A stretch of DNA of 64,000 nt from an uncultured virus (IMG/VR IMGVR_UViG_3300046002_006897) (Duplodnaviria; Heunggongvirae; Uroviricota; Caudoviricetes), in the IMG/VR virus record IMGVR_UViG_3300046002_006897; one strand, given 5' to 3'. A program made the position numbers and the translations under genes. This document shows positions 20,462-29,332 of this stretch, piece after piece. Each line of letters opens with the position of its first letter. Positions within the stretch are counted from its first letter, which is position 1. Below the pieces are notes generated by a model. The model had not been told where the DNA came from and searched no databases. It saw only the letters and a list, made by a program, of their open reading frames with translations.

Positions 20462-21472
20462 TTACTGGACCTTTTCTCTCTCAAAGAAGTAGTTGCGAGC
20501 AATCTTTGCGATATGTCCGCTTATATCTTTCGCGTCAACCCCGGCTTCCTTGATAGTGTGGGTTTCCTCTTTGGTTACATCGTCGGTGACAAGTTTGATG
20601 AAGTCCCCAACTTTGCTTCGGTCGATTTTTCCTCCGTTCATTAGATCACACGCCTTGTCTAACATTTGCGCTAGCCGCCACTCGGGAGTAACCTTGACTG
20701 CCAAAGTGGTGGCTTTATCAAGTTTCTCCAAATCAATCGGCTTTAGAGTAATAACCTTCGATTTCGAGTGGAGTTCGCCTTTCACTTTGAAGTAAAATTC
20801 TGGCGATTCCCAGCCTTCGGAGACACACTTCCATACAATGCCTTCGCCGATACCGTCAACTCCCATAGCTTTTGCCACAGGGCAGGACTCCTCAACCTTA
20901 ATGGTCAATTCGGAAAGTTTGTTCTGAGAAATTTCTGGCTTGTTGAAGTCGATTTCAATGGTTTCACACGGATAATCGTAAATGTTGTAAACACCAATGG
21001 TTTCGTCTTTTACCTTACTGATGGCTTCTTTTCCAAGCCACTTATCGTCAGCCAACACTCCAAAAACAACAAATCGTTTGGATAGCTTTGCAATCCCAAC
21101 GTTGGGTTGAATGTTTCCTCCGCACCACTCACCAAATACGGCATAGTCTTCGCTCGCGGGTTCGATTAAAGAAAACAACTTTCTGACAAATTTTCCCTCA
21201 AAGTGGCGAACAAACCCTGCATTATCTTTTTCAAGGGCAATGACATTTTCCCGGCTTTGGAACCAAACTTCTCCGGATAAAACATTTGTACAGATGGCTG
21301 CGTTAGTACCATGCAACTTAACCGTGCCTTCATAAGTCAGTACTGGTAAGACTTTAGTGTGATCGTACACGGGGTCACCATTAACATCAATACCGGCATG
21401 TCTGGCTTTGCAACCGACCTTGTGAATCGCGTTTCTAAACTGTTCGATAGAGGGATATGGAATATGTTTCAT
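20462..21472 (-). CDS. RNA ligase, Rnl2 family
   Basis: VKLHGTNA (KxxG adenylation), FGEWCG, GEGIVW, FKVKGE motifs; start at MKHIP (21472). Confidence 0.8.
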   Translation of the reverse strand: MKHIPYPSIEQFRNAIHKVGCKARHAGIDVNGDPVYDHTKVLPVLTYEGTVKLHGTNAAICTNVLSGEVWFQSRENVIALEKDNAGFVRHFEGKFVRKLFSLIEPASEDYAVFGEWCGGNIQPNVGIAKLSKRFVVFGVLADDKWLGKEAISKVKDETIGVYNIYDYPCETIEIDFNKPEISQNKLSELTIKVEESCPVAKAMGVDGIGEGIVWKCVSEGWESPEFYFKVKGELHSKSKVITLKPIDLEKLDKATTLAVKVTPEWRLAQMLDKACDLMNGGKIDRSKVGDFIKLVTDDVTKEETHTIKEAGVDAKDISGHIAKIARNYFFEREKVQ

Positions 21473-21482
21473 ATTAGGCACA

Positions 21483-21510
21483 ACTATACAGACTTTTTAT
21501 CTCGTGTCAA
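21483..21510 (-). promoter_or_regulatory. sigma70-type promoter for RNA ligase operon
   Basis: TTGACA-N16-TATAGT on minus strand, 10 nt upstream of ATG. Confidence 0.6.
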
Positions 21511-21513
21511 TAG

Positions 21514-21819
21514 TTATCGCGAATTAACTGGTATAATTTCCATCGGAAGCACAGATTCAACTCGCGTTGGGTTATGTTTTTCGTCGATGTGGTTGACCAC
21601 GATTTTCACTACAATTTTCACATTATCTACTTCCACCGTCGAGGTGAAGTTTTTGAATGGTACGGCTTTGATAAACTCGCCCATGAACAACTTTATACCA
21701 GCATCAATCTTTTCCGGTAACTCTAAATCCGGCACGGTGAACACACACTTGAACGCAATAGATAAAACGTTTTGTTTAATTGCGTCTGATAATTGCTGTT
21801 CGGTGATTTGATTGCTCAT
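21514..21819 (-). CDS. hypothetical protein
   Basis: 101 aa ORF in minus-strand run. Confidence 0.5.
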   Translation of the reverse strand: MSNQITEQQLSDAIKQNVLSIAFKCVFTVPDLELPEKIDAGIKLFMGEFIKAVPFKNFTSTVEVDNVKIVVKIVVNHIDEKHNPTRVESVLPMEIIPVNSR

Positions 21820-21849
21820 GGTATGGTTGTAATAGGTTTCTTGTCCGCG

Positions 21850-23406
21850 TCAACACTTTTTCCACACCCACTTCGAATGCCCACAATCCCAAATCCGGTC
21901 GAACCCGTTCATTTTCATATTTTCCCATTCCGACAAGGCGGGGTCAAACGAAAGGAGTTTGTTGGCAAGTTTGTGTTTCTGCCACCCCTGTCTCCCGGAC
22001 AGGGTAGAATATCCATCCACTGTGTAATAATATCCGGGGGGAGTCGTAGAAACGAAATTGAATCCCAACTTTAAATACACTTCACCCGAGAAGTATCGCC
22101 GGTCTCCGTATGTAACAATCGAATTAGGGTTGTGTTTTTTTACAAAATGAGAAAACAGGCGAGAGCTTCCACCTATGACGGTGTGACCCAACTTAGAACA
22201 AAATCTGCTCATTTCCCACTCAACTGCCGTATCGAATCTGGATTTTACAAATGTCATGACCGACATCAACTCTTTATTGAAATACATTCCAAGTTTTATT
22301 GTGGCATGGTCGTTTCCTTGGATGTGATTTCTTGCCAGAAATTCCTTTTTTTCTTGAGATGATATATCTCGTATTTCACATTTTCGTGCGTGAATTTTTA
22401 TATTACCCTTTATCAATATATTTCTGAGCACGGACTTGACCACTTCCTGTGAATGATTCCATTCGTTTTCAAATATATGTATTAAGCGTATTCCTTTGAA
22501 TGCTGCCCCGTTGGTCTTGTTGAGATGGTAATTTCTATTTTTTCCACCGGATATTTCAGTATGCCAGTAAAGTCCATTACATTCTATACCAATCTTTTGA
22601 TTTGGTAAATATATATCTATTTCTCTGGGAAATAATGTGGTTCTATCGTTGGGTATCACGGGGTCATCCGGGACCAGTGTCTTGATAAATTCAAATATAC
22701 TCGACTGAAAGTCCGACATAGTTTTGTCGCACTTAGAACATTTTATAGTTGCTCCATTATTAAGACTGTGTGCTTCTTCTCTATTGCATCTATTACATTT
22801 AAATGAATATGTCATTGTGGAGGAAACAGTCTTTACTCCAAAATAATCTTCTATGTTAAATAACGGAACAAAATGTTTGAACCGCTCGGACGACACAAAC
22901 TTTTTGAACATCGTTATTTTATGTGCATCTTTAAATTCACTCGATTTTGACGCATGTGCAACTCCATATTTTATAGCACATGTCTTTTTGTATTTTTCTT
23001 CGTACTCTTTGGATTTTCTGTAATTATCAACCCCATATTTTTCTATCATGGTGGATTTCATTTGTGTCGGGTTATTGTAATTTTCGTCACCATAACGAGC
23101 GGCAAGGGTTTTTTTAACTTTTTCTACGTGGTCTGGCATCCCACCGGCCCATTCCACGCCGTGTGTTGCCATCATCGCGGCTTTGTAATTCTCCTTGACC
23201 GCGTCGGTTTTCATAGCATGTCCACCATATCTAGCGTCGAAAGTTTTAGCAACTCCGAGTTTATTTTTCTCTTTTACCTCCGGAGAGTTACATGCGCAGA
23301 CGCGAGAACAATACATTTTCTCTTTCCGTTTTTCGCACGTAAATTCCGATTTGCAGGTCGGGCAAATCTTGTGCAATGTATTATTTGGGTTCTTTGGTCT
23401 GGCCAT
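21850..23406 (-). CDS. putative homing-type endonuclease (Hef-like: KYG repeats, Zn ribbons, DUF559-like nuclease, ARKC domain)
   Basis: EIDIYLP...IECNGLYWH...IFENEW; IHARKCEI...NHIQG...RIWDCG; start at MARPK (23406). Confidence 0.7.
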   Translation of the reverse strand: MARPKNPNNTLHKICPTCKSEFTCEKRKEKMYCSRVCACNSPEVKEKNKLGVAKTFDARYGGHAMKTDAVKENYKAAMMATHGVEWAGGMPDHVEKVKKTLAARYGDENYNNPTQMKSTMIEKYGVDNYRKSKEYEEKYKKTCAIKYGVAHASKSSEFKDAHKITMFKKFVSSERFKHFVPLFNIEDYFGVKTVSSTMTYSFKCNRCNREEAHSLNNGATIKCSKCDKTMSDFQSSIFEFIKTLVPDDPVIPNDRTTLFPREIDIYLPNQKIGIECNGLYWHTEISGGKNRNYHLNKTNGAAFKGIRLIHIFENEWNHSQEVVKSVLRNILIKGNIKIHARKCEIRDISSQEKKEFLARNHIQGNDHATIKLGMYFNKELMSVMTFVKSRFDTAVEWEMSRFCSKLGHTVIGGSSRLFSHFVKKHNPNSIVTYGDRRYFSGEVYLKLGFNFVSTTPPGYYYTVDGYSTLSGRQGWQKHKLANKLLSFDPALSEWENMKMNGFDRIWDCGHSKWVWKKC

Positions 23407-23540
23407 AAGGTTCGTAAGCAATAAAACAGTATATGTTTTTTTGATAATGTCAACATATTTTTTGTTTAATTATTATTTATAATACGATGCGATTACGCAG
23501 GCAGAAATGAATAACCAAACAATTAACCCTATATAACACC

Positions 23541-24035
23541 ATGGCAGAACTACTAGATGCAAATTCTATATTTTTTACAGCGTATGAACCAAAAGTTCAA
23601 AACCGCTTTATTATCGAGATAGACGGAATTCCCGCATATCTTATCAAAGCGGCGGCGCGTCCAACTATTGTAAACAACTCAATTACCCTAGACCACATCA
23701 ACTTGAAGCGCAAGCTCAAGGGAAAAAGTGAATGGTCCGACGTTGAAGTGACACTGTATGACGCTATTGTTCCGTCCGGCGCTCAAGCCTGTATGGAATG
23801 GGTGCGTCTTGCTCACGAATCCGTGACCGGTCGTAACGGCTATGCGGCATTCTATAAAAAGGATGTCAATATCGTTGTATTGGGTCCGGTCGGCGATAAA
23901 ATCGAAAATTGGCAATTGAAGGGCGCATTCCCATCAACAGTCAATTTCAATGGCACGGGACTTGATTGGAGCGCACAAGAAGCTCTGACCATCAACATGA
24001 CGCTCACTTACGACTACGCGATACTTCAATATTGA
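23541..24035 (+). CDS. tail tube protein (T4 gp19-like)
   Basis: EPKVQNRF, TLYD.IVPSGAQA..EW, W.LKGAFP, LTYDYA. Confidence 0.9.
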   Translation: MAELLDANSIFFTAYEPKVQNRFIIEIDGIPAYLIKAAARPTIVNNSITLDHINLKRKLKGKSEWSDVEVTLYDAIVPSGAQACMEWVRLAHESVTGRNGYAAFYKKDVNIVVLGPVGDKIENWQLKGAFPSTVNFNGTGLDWSAQEALTINMTLTYDYAILQY

Positions 24036-24060
24036 TATAATAAGAAGAATAAGTTTCAAG

Positions 24061-24086
24061 TCCCCTATGAAAATAGGGGATTTTTT
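24061..24086 (+). terminator. intrinsic terminator after tail tube
   Basis: tcccctat-gaaa-atagggga + T-run. Confidence 0.8.
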
Positions 24087-24087
24087 A

Positions 24088-24119
24088 TTGACATATACAA
24101 AATTATCCGCATACTTATA
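24088..24119 (+). promoter_or_regulatory. promoter for release-factor gene (TTGACA-N16-CATACT, overlapping TACTTATA motif)
   Basis: Directly after terminator and ~10 nt before ATG 24126. Confidence 0.55.
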
Positions 24120-24125
24120 TTCGCT

Positions 24126-24867
24126 ATGAAGACACAAACAACATATTACTCGAATAACTCGGGCAACCCATCGGGAGGCTCTGCTAGCTCTTGGGGGTCA
24201 CTTTGACGCGAGAGGTGTGTTGGTTGAAGTAATTTCTGGCGAGGGCGGGGATGATTCAAAATTATTCACCGAGCAACTGTTCATAGCTTATCTGGCGTTC
24301 ATGGAAAAAAATGGACTGGAAGCTGAGTTGGAAGAAACCGGACCCAGCAAATTCAGTTTTGTGTGTTCGGATATGAAAGCTGAATCTTTGTTTGATTCCG
24401 AGACTGGGACGCATTGTGTACAACGCATTCCAAAGAACGACCGAGGTGGTAGGAAACATACATCTTACGTTGCCGTGACCGTAACGAGGTTACTGCAACA
24501 GAACAATGAAATGAAGGAATCTGATTTGGAAGAATCATTCCAACGAGGACATGGAAACGGTGGACAACACCAGAACAAAACGTCAAGTGCAGTGCGACTG
24601 AAACACATCCCAACTGGGTTGGAAGTTTTCATTAACGGACGAAGTCAGCAAGCCAATCGAAGAACTGCCAGACTGTGTTTGGCGGGTAAAATAAAGCAGT
24701 TTTCGTCCAAGTCGGGTAATTCTACTAATTATAGCGGCGCTGGTCGCGGAGATAAGGTCCGCACATACAACTATGCTGATAACCGAATTACTGACCACAG
24801 AAATGGAGCTAAGTGTCACATGATAGACAGTGTTATGAAAGAAGGAAGATTTGAACTTTTACGCTAA
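24126..24867 (+). CDS. class I peptide chain release factor homolog (RF1-like, lacks domain 1), expressed via predicted +1 frameshift at 24201-24207; ~246 aa
   Basis: GGQ motif (GNGGQHQNKTSSAVRLKH); G.H.VQRIP...GR.HTS; KVRTYN...RITDHR; 26-codon leader from ATG 24126 ends CTT-TGA-C and the +1 frame runs into ORF 24217..24867. Confidence 0.85.
24193..24207 (+). other. prfB-type programmed +1 ribosomal frameshift site
   Basis: GGGGG (internal SD-like)-TCA-CTT-TGA-C; same layout and 3-nt spacing as bacterial prfB AGGGGG-UAU-CUU-UGA-C. Confidence 0.8.
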
Positions 24868-25020
24868 TTCTTTCTTATATTCATTTTGGACTTGACGGAA
24901 GTATATAACACTGTGTACAATACTTGAGTTATAACGACAGCAACTAAATAAATTCAGTTAACTAGCATTAAAAATAAAATAAGTTATATTTATATATACT
25001 AAAAATAATAACAACTTAAA

Positions 25021-25269
25021 ATGAATAAATTTGAATTAAAATCTTTAATAAAAGAGGTTATAAAAGAAGTGAGGAATAAGTCAGAAACAAAACAAAAATT
25101 GAATAGAGTTGTTAGTTCATATATTACTTCTCCCGGAGAAAAAAATCCTTGCTTATATATTAACATTCAGATTGAAGCAAAAGATATGGATTGTGCAGAA
25201 AAATGTAGAAAAGATATATTATCAGATTTAGAAAAAAATCACGACATAAAAATCCAAAAGGAAACTTAA
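25021..25269 (+). CDS. hypothetical protein with MxKxELKxLIKE N-terminal helix
   Basis: 82 aa ORF, TATTTATA upstream. Confidence 0.55.
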   Translation: MNKFELKSLIKEVIKEVRNKSETKQKLNRVVSSYITSPGEKNPCLYINIQIEAKDMDCAEKCRKDILSDLEKNHDIKIQKET

Positions 25270-25270
25270 T

Positions 25271-25534
25271 ATGAAACACGATGAATTAAAGAAATTTATA
25301 CGGGAAACTATTAAAGACGCAATTGATGAATTTGCACCCCTCGGTGTTGCAGAAGAAGATATGTTACAGGAAAAATCTCCTCCGGGGTTTCCAGAGAAAC
25401 TGCATGATAAATTACTGAGTCAATACGATGGAGATGAGGATAAAGCGTATGCCACAATGTGGAAAATTTTTTATGCTAAGAAACGGGGTCATAAAAAGAT
25501 GAATGAAATGTGGATGGCTTGGGAAAATAAATAA
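25271..25534 (+). CDS. hypothetical protein with shared N-terminal helix
   Basis: 87 aa; MKHDELKKFIRETI; AYAT.WK motif. Confidence 0.6.
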   Translation: MKHDELKKFIRETIKDAIDEFAPLGVAEEDMLQEKSPPGFPEKLHDKLLSQYDGDEDKAYATMWKIFYAKKRGHKKMNEMWMAWENK

Positions 25535-25537
25535 AAA

Positions 25538-25861
25538 ATGTCATTCACAGATTACAATATTGACGTTGTTCCAATCAGAATCGGCGGATTTATGATGGAT
25601 AATTTAGGACCGGAAAAAATAAATTCAAGTGTTCCTACTTTTAATATCGGAGACACAGTTACATTCGTAGCCGAAGAAAAGAGGTATTGTTTAGATTATT
25701 TTGCAGTGTTTCCACCAAATAAAATTGTAAATCAATCAGATTGGTTTTTAACTATGTTTGGATTTTATGCGTCATTTAACCCAAGAATTCAAGTCGAAAT
25801 GAACACCGCTGCTGACCACACCGGTCAAAACTCGGGAGTAAGAGTAGTATACAGACCATGA
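25538..25861 (+). CDS. hypothetical protein
   Basis: 107 aa ORF, stop overlaps next start (ATGA). Confidence 0.5.
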   Translation: MSFTDYNIDVVPIRIGGFMMDNLGPEKINSSVPTFNIGDTVTFVAEEKRYCLDYFAVFPPNKIVNQSDWFLTMFGFYASFNPRIQVEMNTAADHTGQNSGVRVVYRP

Positions 25862-26499
25862 ATAAATCACAACTATCAGAAATTATAACCAATATTGTAA
25901 AACGTAAATTGGCGGAACACAAAATCGGGCTAAATGAGTTGGAGAACATGCTCACACAGATGGGAGCGCCAACACAGGCACCGTCCCCGGAGGACAAAAA
26001 ACTGCAAAAATCCCAGAGTGAATTGGTGAAAGCTCAAAAGGATAAAGAAAAAAATTTAGCAAAGATTGCAAAGTTGGATGCCAGCACTTTAAGTGCAAAA
26101 ACCCGGGCTCAACTTCACGTCAATAAGGCCGAGGAACGTATCGGAACCTCTCAAGATAAAGTCGCCAGAGACGCAGAGACCGCAGCGAGGAAAGCAAAAG
26201 CAACTGGGCAGATATCCGCCGCGCAATTACCATTACAAGAAACTGAGACACCGAGCAAAACTCATAAGTGGAAAGATGGAACCTCCATCCCAGTTAATTC
26301 CCAAGGCGCACCAATTGAACAAGGATGGCAATCTTTGGGATATGCCAACGGTTGGTCAAGTAGCCCGGAAGACAAACAAAAGTACGACCAAAATAAAAAT
26401 AAAATGTGGTATACCGCAAGACTGAATACAGATGGAACTCAGGAGGCTATATATTGCCCAGAAGCCAAATTATGGTATTTGGTTGACTCTGGCGGGTAA
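25858..26499 (+). CDS. hypothetical protein with shared N-terminal helix
   Basis: 213 aa; MNKSQLSEIITNIV. Confidence 0.6.
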   Translation: MNKSQLSEIITNIVKRKLAEHKIGLNELENMLTQMGAPTQAPSPEDKKLQKSQSELVKAQKDKEKNLAKIAKLDASTLSAKTRAQLHVNKAEERIGTSQDKVARDAETAARKAKATGQISAAQLPLQETETPSKTHKWKDGTSIPVNSQGAPIEQGWQSLGYANGWSSSPEDKQKYDQNKNKMWYTARLNTDGTQEAIYCPEAKLWYLVDSGG

Positions 26500-26518
26500 T
26501 TTAATAACATAGAAACAT

Positions 26519-27445
26519 ATGAAAAAATCAGATCTTAAATTGTTGATTAAGAGTATAGTGACAGAAATATATTCTTCTAAACGCGAAAGTTTAGAAGAGT
26601 CGGAAGCTCTATCTGGGTTTGAAGAAACTTCCGATAAGGCCGAAAATACGGAGATGGTGGTTGATGATAAAAAATTGACTATTGTCACAGAACCAAAAGA
26701 AAAAGAAGAAGGTAAAAAACTCCCGGTAGTTAAGAAACCGGCGACTCCCAAGATTGTAAAAGAAGATATTCTAGGCATGATTCGCGAAGCACTCGAACAA
26801 CGACGAGTTGAAGAAATGGCAAAGCGTCCATCCAAATTTGATGCCGCAACTGGAATCCTCGACGCTTCCGTAAGTCCGGACCGTCGTAAGTCCGACCCAA
26901 CATCTCCCACAGGATATCGGCTAGTGGGAGCATTCGAATTAAAAGACCCAGTAACAAAGAAAGTTACTCAGGTTGTACCGGATGGAACGCCAATCATGGC
27001 ACCCTCTGCACAGACTCAAAAGAAATTGGGGACAGTCGCCCCAAAAACTCCGCCATCAACTGTAGCGGGAAGCGGGTCGTCGATATTATCTCCACAGACC
27101 GTTGCCGCTCAGTCCTCGGCCGATTCGTCGGACGACGGCGAGGAGGAAGACCTAAATATGGGAGTTCCACCGGAAGGAAAACCAAACTCAAAGGTCAAAG
27201 TTACATTGGACGGAAAGTCTATCGGACAATTTAATTTTCGTTTGCCTTCTGGTAAGATTAGTAGTGATAATATGGAAACGAATCTTTACCGCACCGAACT
27301 TCCGGATTTGCCGCTCGATAAGTCTGTGGGTTCAATGTACGAGAATATGGAAAATATGTTCTTCGATGACAAACTGCCAGCTAACGCTACATTGAATCTT
27401 TTCACCGCAAAGAATGCGACTGGTAAGACCATTATGGCTAAATAA
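26519..27445 (+). CDS. hypothetical protein with shared N-terminal helix
   Basis: 308 aa; MKKSDLKLLIKSIVTEI, second copy EDILGMIREAL. Confidence 0.6.
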   Translation: MKKSDLKLLIKSIVTEIYSSKRESLEESEALSGFEETSDKAENTEMVVDDKKLTIVTEPKEKEEGKKLPVVKKPATPKIVKEDILGMIREALEQRRVEEMAKRPSKFDAATGILDASVSPDRRKSDPTSPTGYRLVGAFELKDPVTKKVTQVVPDGTPIMAPSAQTQKKLGTVAPKTPPSTVAGSGSSILSPQTVAAQSSADSSDDGEEEDLNMGVPPEGKPNSKVKVTLDGKSIGQFNFRLPSGKISSDNMETNLYRTELPDLPLDKSVGSMYENMENMFFDDKLPANATLNLFTAKNATGKTIMAK

Positions 27446-27465
27446 TTTAGTTTTTATAACAAACG

Positions 27466-27498
27466 AAAAAGAGATTGCCAACAACAATCTCTTTTTTT
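27466..27498 (+). terminator. intrinsic terminator
   Basis: aaaaagagattg-N7-caatctcttttt + T. Confidence 0.7.
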
Positions 27499-27556
27499 AT
27501 GCTCAAATATATACGAAAACTTTTTGTAATCCATATATATGGATAACAAACATATT

Positions 27557-28372
27557 ATGGCAGACACAATTATTCCAATCTCGAAATCAACTCCGGTAGC
27601 ACAAAAGTCTAATCAGCCAATTGAAACGGTAACTCTACCGTCAAAAGGATATTTCTATCCGGAGAGTCATCCACTGTCCAAGGGTACGGTTGATATTTAT
27701 CAAGTTACCGCTCGACATGAAGATATTTTGAGCAACACCACCTTATTAAAGAAAGGCACTGTTCTTGACGAATTCTTGAAAGCTTTGATTGCTACCCCGA
27801 ATGTATCCGTGGGCGATTTGTTAATAGGCGACCAAAATGCGCTGTATATTGCGGCGAGAAAAAGTGCATATGGAGAAATTTATAGCCCAAAGATTAAATG
27901 TCCCGCGTGCGAAGTAGAATCCACGGTGCGGTTCGATTTGAATACAATAGGAGTAAAGGAATTCAAGCTTGACGGAATAACCAAGGGAGAAAATCGTCTG
28001 ACATTTACTCTACCAAAATCCGGACGAGTGATTGGATTTAGTTTAACTACCGTAAAGGACGATGCTGATATTTCAGCGGAAATTAAAGCTATTGTAAAAT
28101 TTGGAAACGCCGCAACCATACCGGAAGTTACCACGAAATTAAAATACACCATCAAGACCATTGATGGCGAATCTAACAGAGTAAAAGTTAAAAACTTTGT
28201 TGATGACCAATTGACAGCGATTGACAGTCTGGCCTTGCGCAGATTTATCCGCGAAAGCACGCCGGATATAGACATGTCGTTTAATTTCGTTTGCCCCGAA
28301 TGTGAACATTCGGAAAAACTATATATTCCATTGGGACCAAGTTTCTTCTGGCCGAGCACAGCAGAAAACTAA
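27557..28372 (+). CDS. baseplate hub assembly / tail assembly chaperone-like protein (T4 gp26-like), paralog 1
   Basis: LPSKGYFYP, T...EDIL, DLLIGD..AL..AAR..AYG, two CxxC, FFWP; position before tape measure. Confidence 0.7.
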   Translation: MADTIIPISKSTPVAQKSNQPIETVTLPSKGYFYPESHPLSKGTVDIYQVTARHEDILSNTTLLKKGTVLDEFLKALIATPNVSVGDLLIGDQNALYIAARKSAYGEIYSPKIKCPACEVESTVRFDLNTIGVKEFKLDGITKGENRLTFTLPKSGRVIGFSLTTVKDDADISAEIKAIVKFGNAATIPEVTTKLKYTIKTIDGESNRVKVKNFVDDQLTAIDSLALRRFIRESTPDIDMSFNFVCPECEHSEKLYIPLGPSFFWPSTAEN

Positions 28373-28383
28373 TAGAATGAGGC

Positions 28384-29298
28384 GTGAACCTACATTCTGA
28401 AATCATAGATTTGGCATCAGAGGGATATTTTTATCCAAGTGGGTCGGCATTATCTAGCGGAAAAGTCAATATTCTTCCAATCACGGCGGAGTATGAGGAA
28501 TTGCTTGGAAATGCCAATTTAATAAAGCGGGGACTTCTAGACCGAGAGTTTTTGAATAAAATCGTGGCCGGTGGGATCGACTACGACAGTCTATTGGAAT
28601 GTGATAAGCATTCTATTCTATTGAACGTTCGAATCGCGAATTACGGAATGCATACGAGTGTAAAAACCGGATGTGAAAAGTGCGATGCTGAATTTGACCA
28701 TGACATATCATTCGGATTCAGGTCTATTCCTTTCAACTTTTCCAACTATACTAGAGGAGTGAACGAAATTGAATATCTATTTGAAAGATGTGAAAAGAAA
28801 ATAAAGTTTAGGTTGGGAACGTGTCTTGATAATGATATATACGAAAAGTTAGGTTGGTTGGCGTTTGCGAAGCATATTACACTGGAAATTGATGGTGTAG
28901 ATAACATATCGGATTTCTATGACTATGAGTTGTCTGTGTCAGATAGTATATCATTTCGAAATTATTATAAAAACAACACTCCGGGATATGTGAATGACAT
29001 CACAATCACTTGCCCGACATGTCGCATACCAAGAATATCCAAGATGGATATAAATGCAAATATATTTGGAATCAGACCAGAGTCCAAGATGACGATGCAT
29101 TCTGAAATATTTGATTTGTGTTATTATAGTAACGGGGCATTTACTCAGGATGGAGTATATAAAATGCCAACCAGTTTGCGAAGTTTTTATATGAAAAAAT
29201 TGGTGGATGCCAAAAAAGCAGAATCGGATGCGCAAAAATCCACAAACGACGGAGACACAAGCAACAAGATTGCTCGACCTCCCACCATCAAAAGTTAA
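28384..29298 (+). CDS. baseplate hub assembly protein paralog 2 with C-terminal extension
   Basis: LASEGYFYP, two CxxC; C-terminal H.EIF.L.YY..G.F...VY.MP..LR.FY segment. Confidence 0.65.
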   Translation: MNLHSEIIDLASEGYFYPSGSALSSGKVNILPITAEYEELLGNANLIKRGLLDREFLNKIVAGGIDYDSLLECDKHSILLNVRIANYGMHTSVKTGCEKCDAEFDHDISFGFRSIPFNFSNYTRGVNEIEYLFERCEKKIKFRLGTCLDNDIYEKLGWLAFAKHITLEIDGVDNISDFYDYELSVSDSISFRNYYKNNTPGYVNDITITCPTCRIPRISKMDINANIFGIRPESKMTMHSEIFDLCYYSNGAFTQDGVYKMPTSLRSFYMKKLVDAKKAESDAQKSTNDGDTSNKIARPPTIKS

Positions 29299-29332
29299 TG
29301 TGCTATAATATTTATAATATAACACATAGACA

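Noticed and set aside
24217..24867. Release factor starting at GTG 24217 as given in the ORF track
   Set aside because: GAGG lies only 1 nt from the GTG. The upstream ATG, promoter and exact prfB-like cassette explain expression better. Not formally excluded.
24126..24867. Release factor as a frameshifted pseudogene or sequencing error
   Set aside because: The break falls exactly on CTT-TGA-C with a correctly spaced SD-like run, and GGQ and other motifs are intact.
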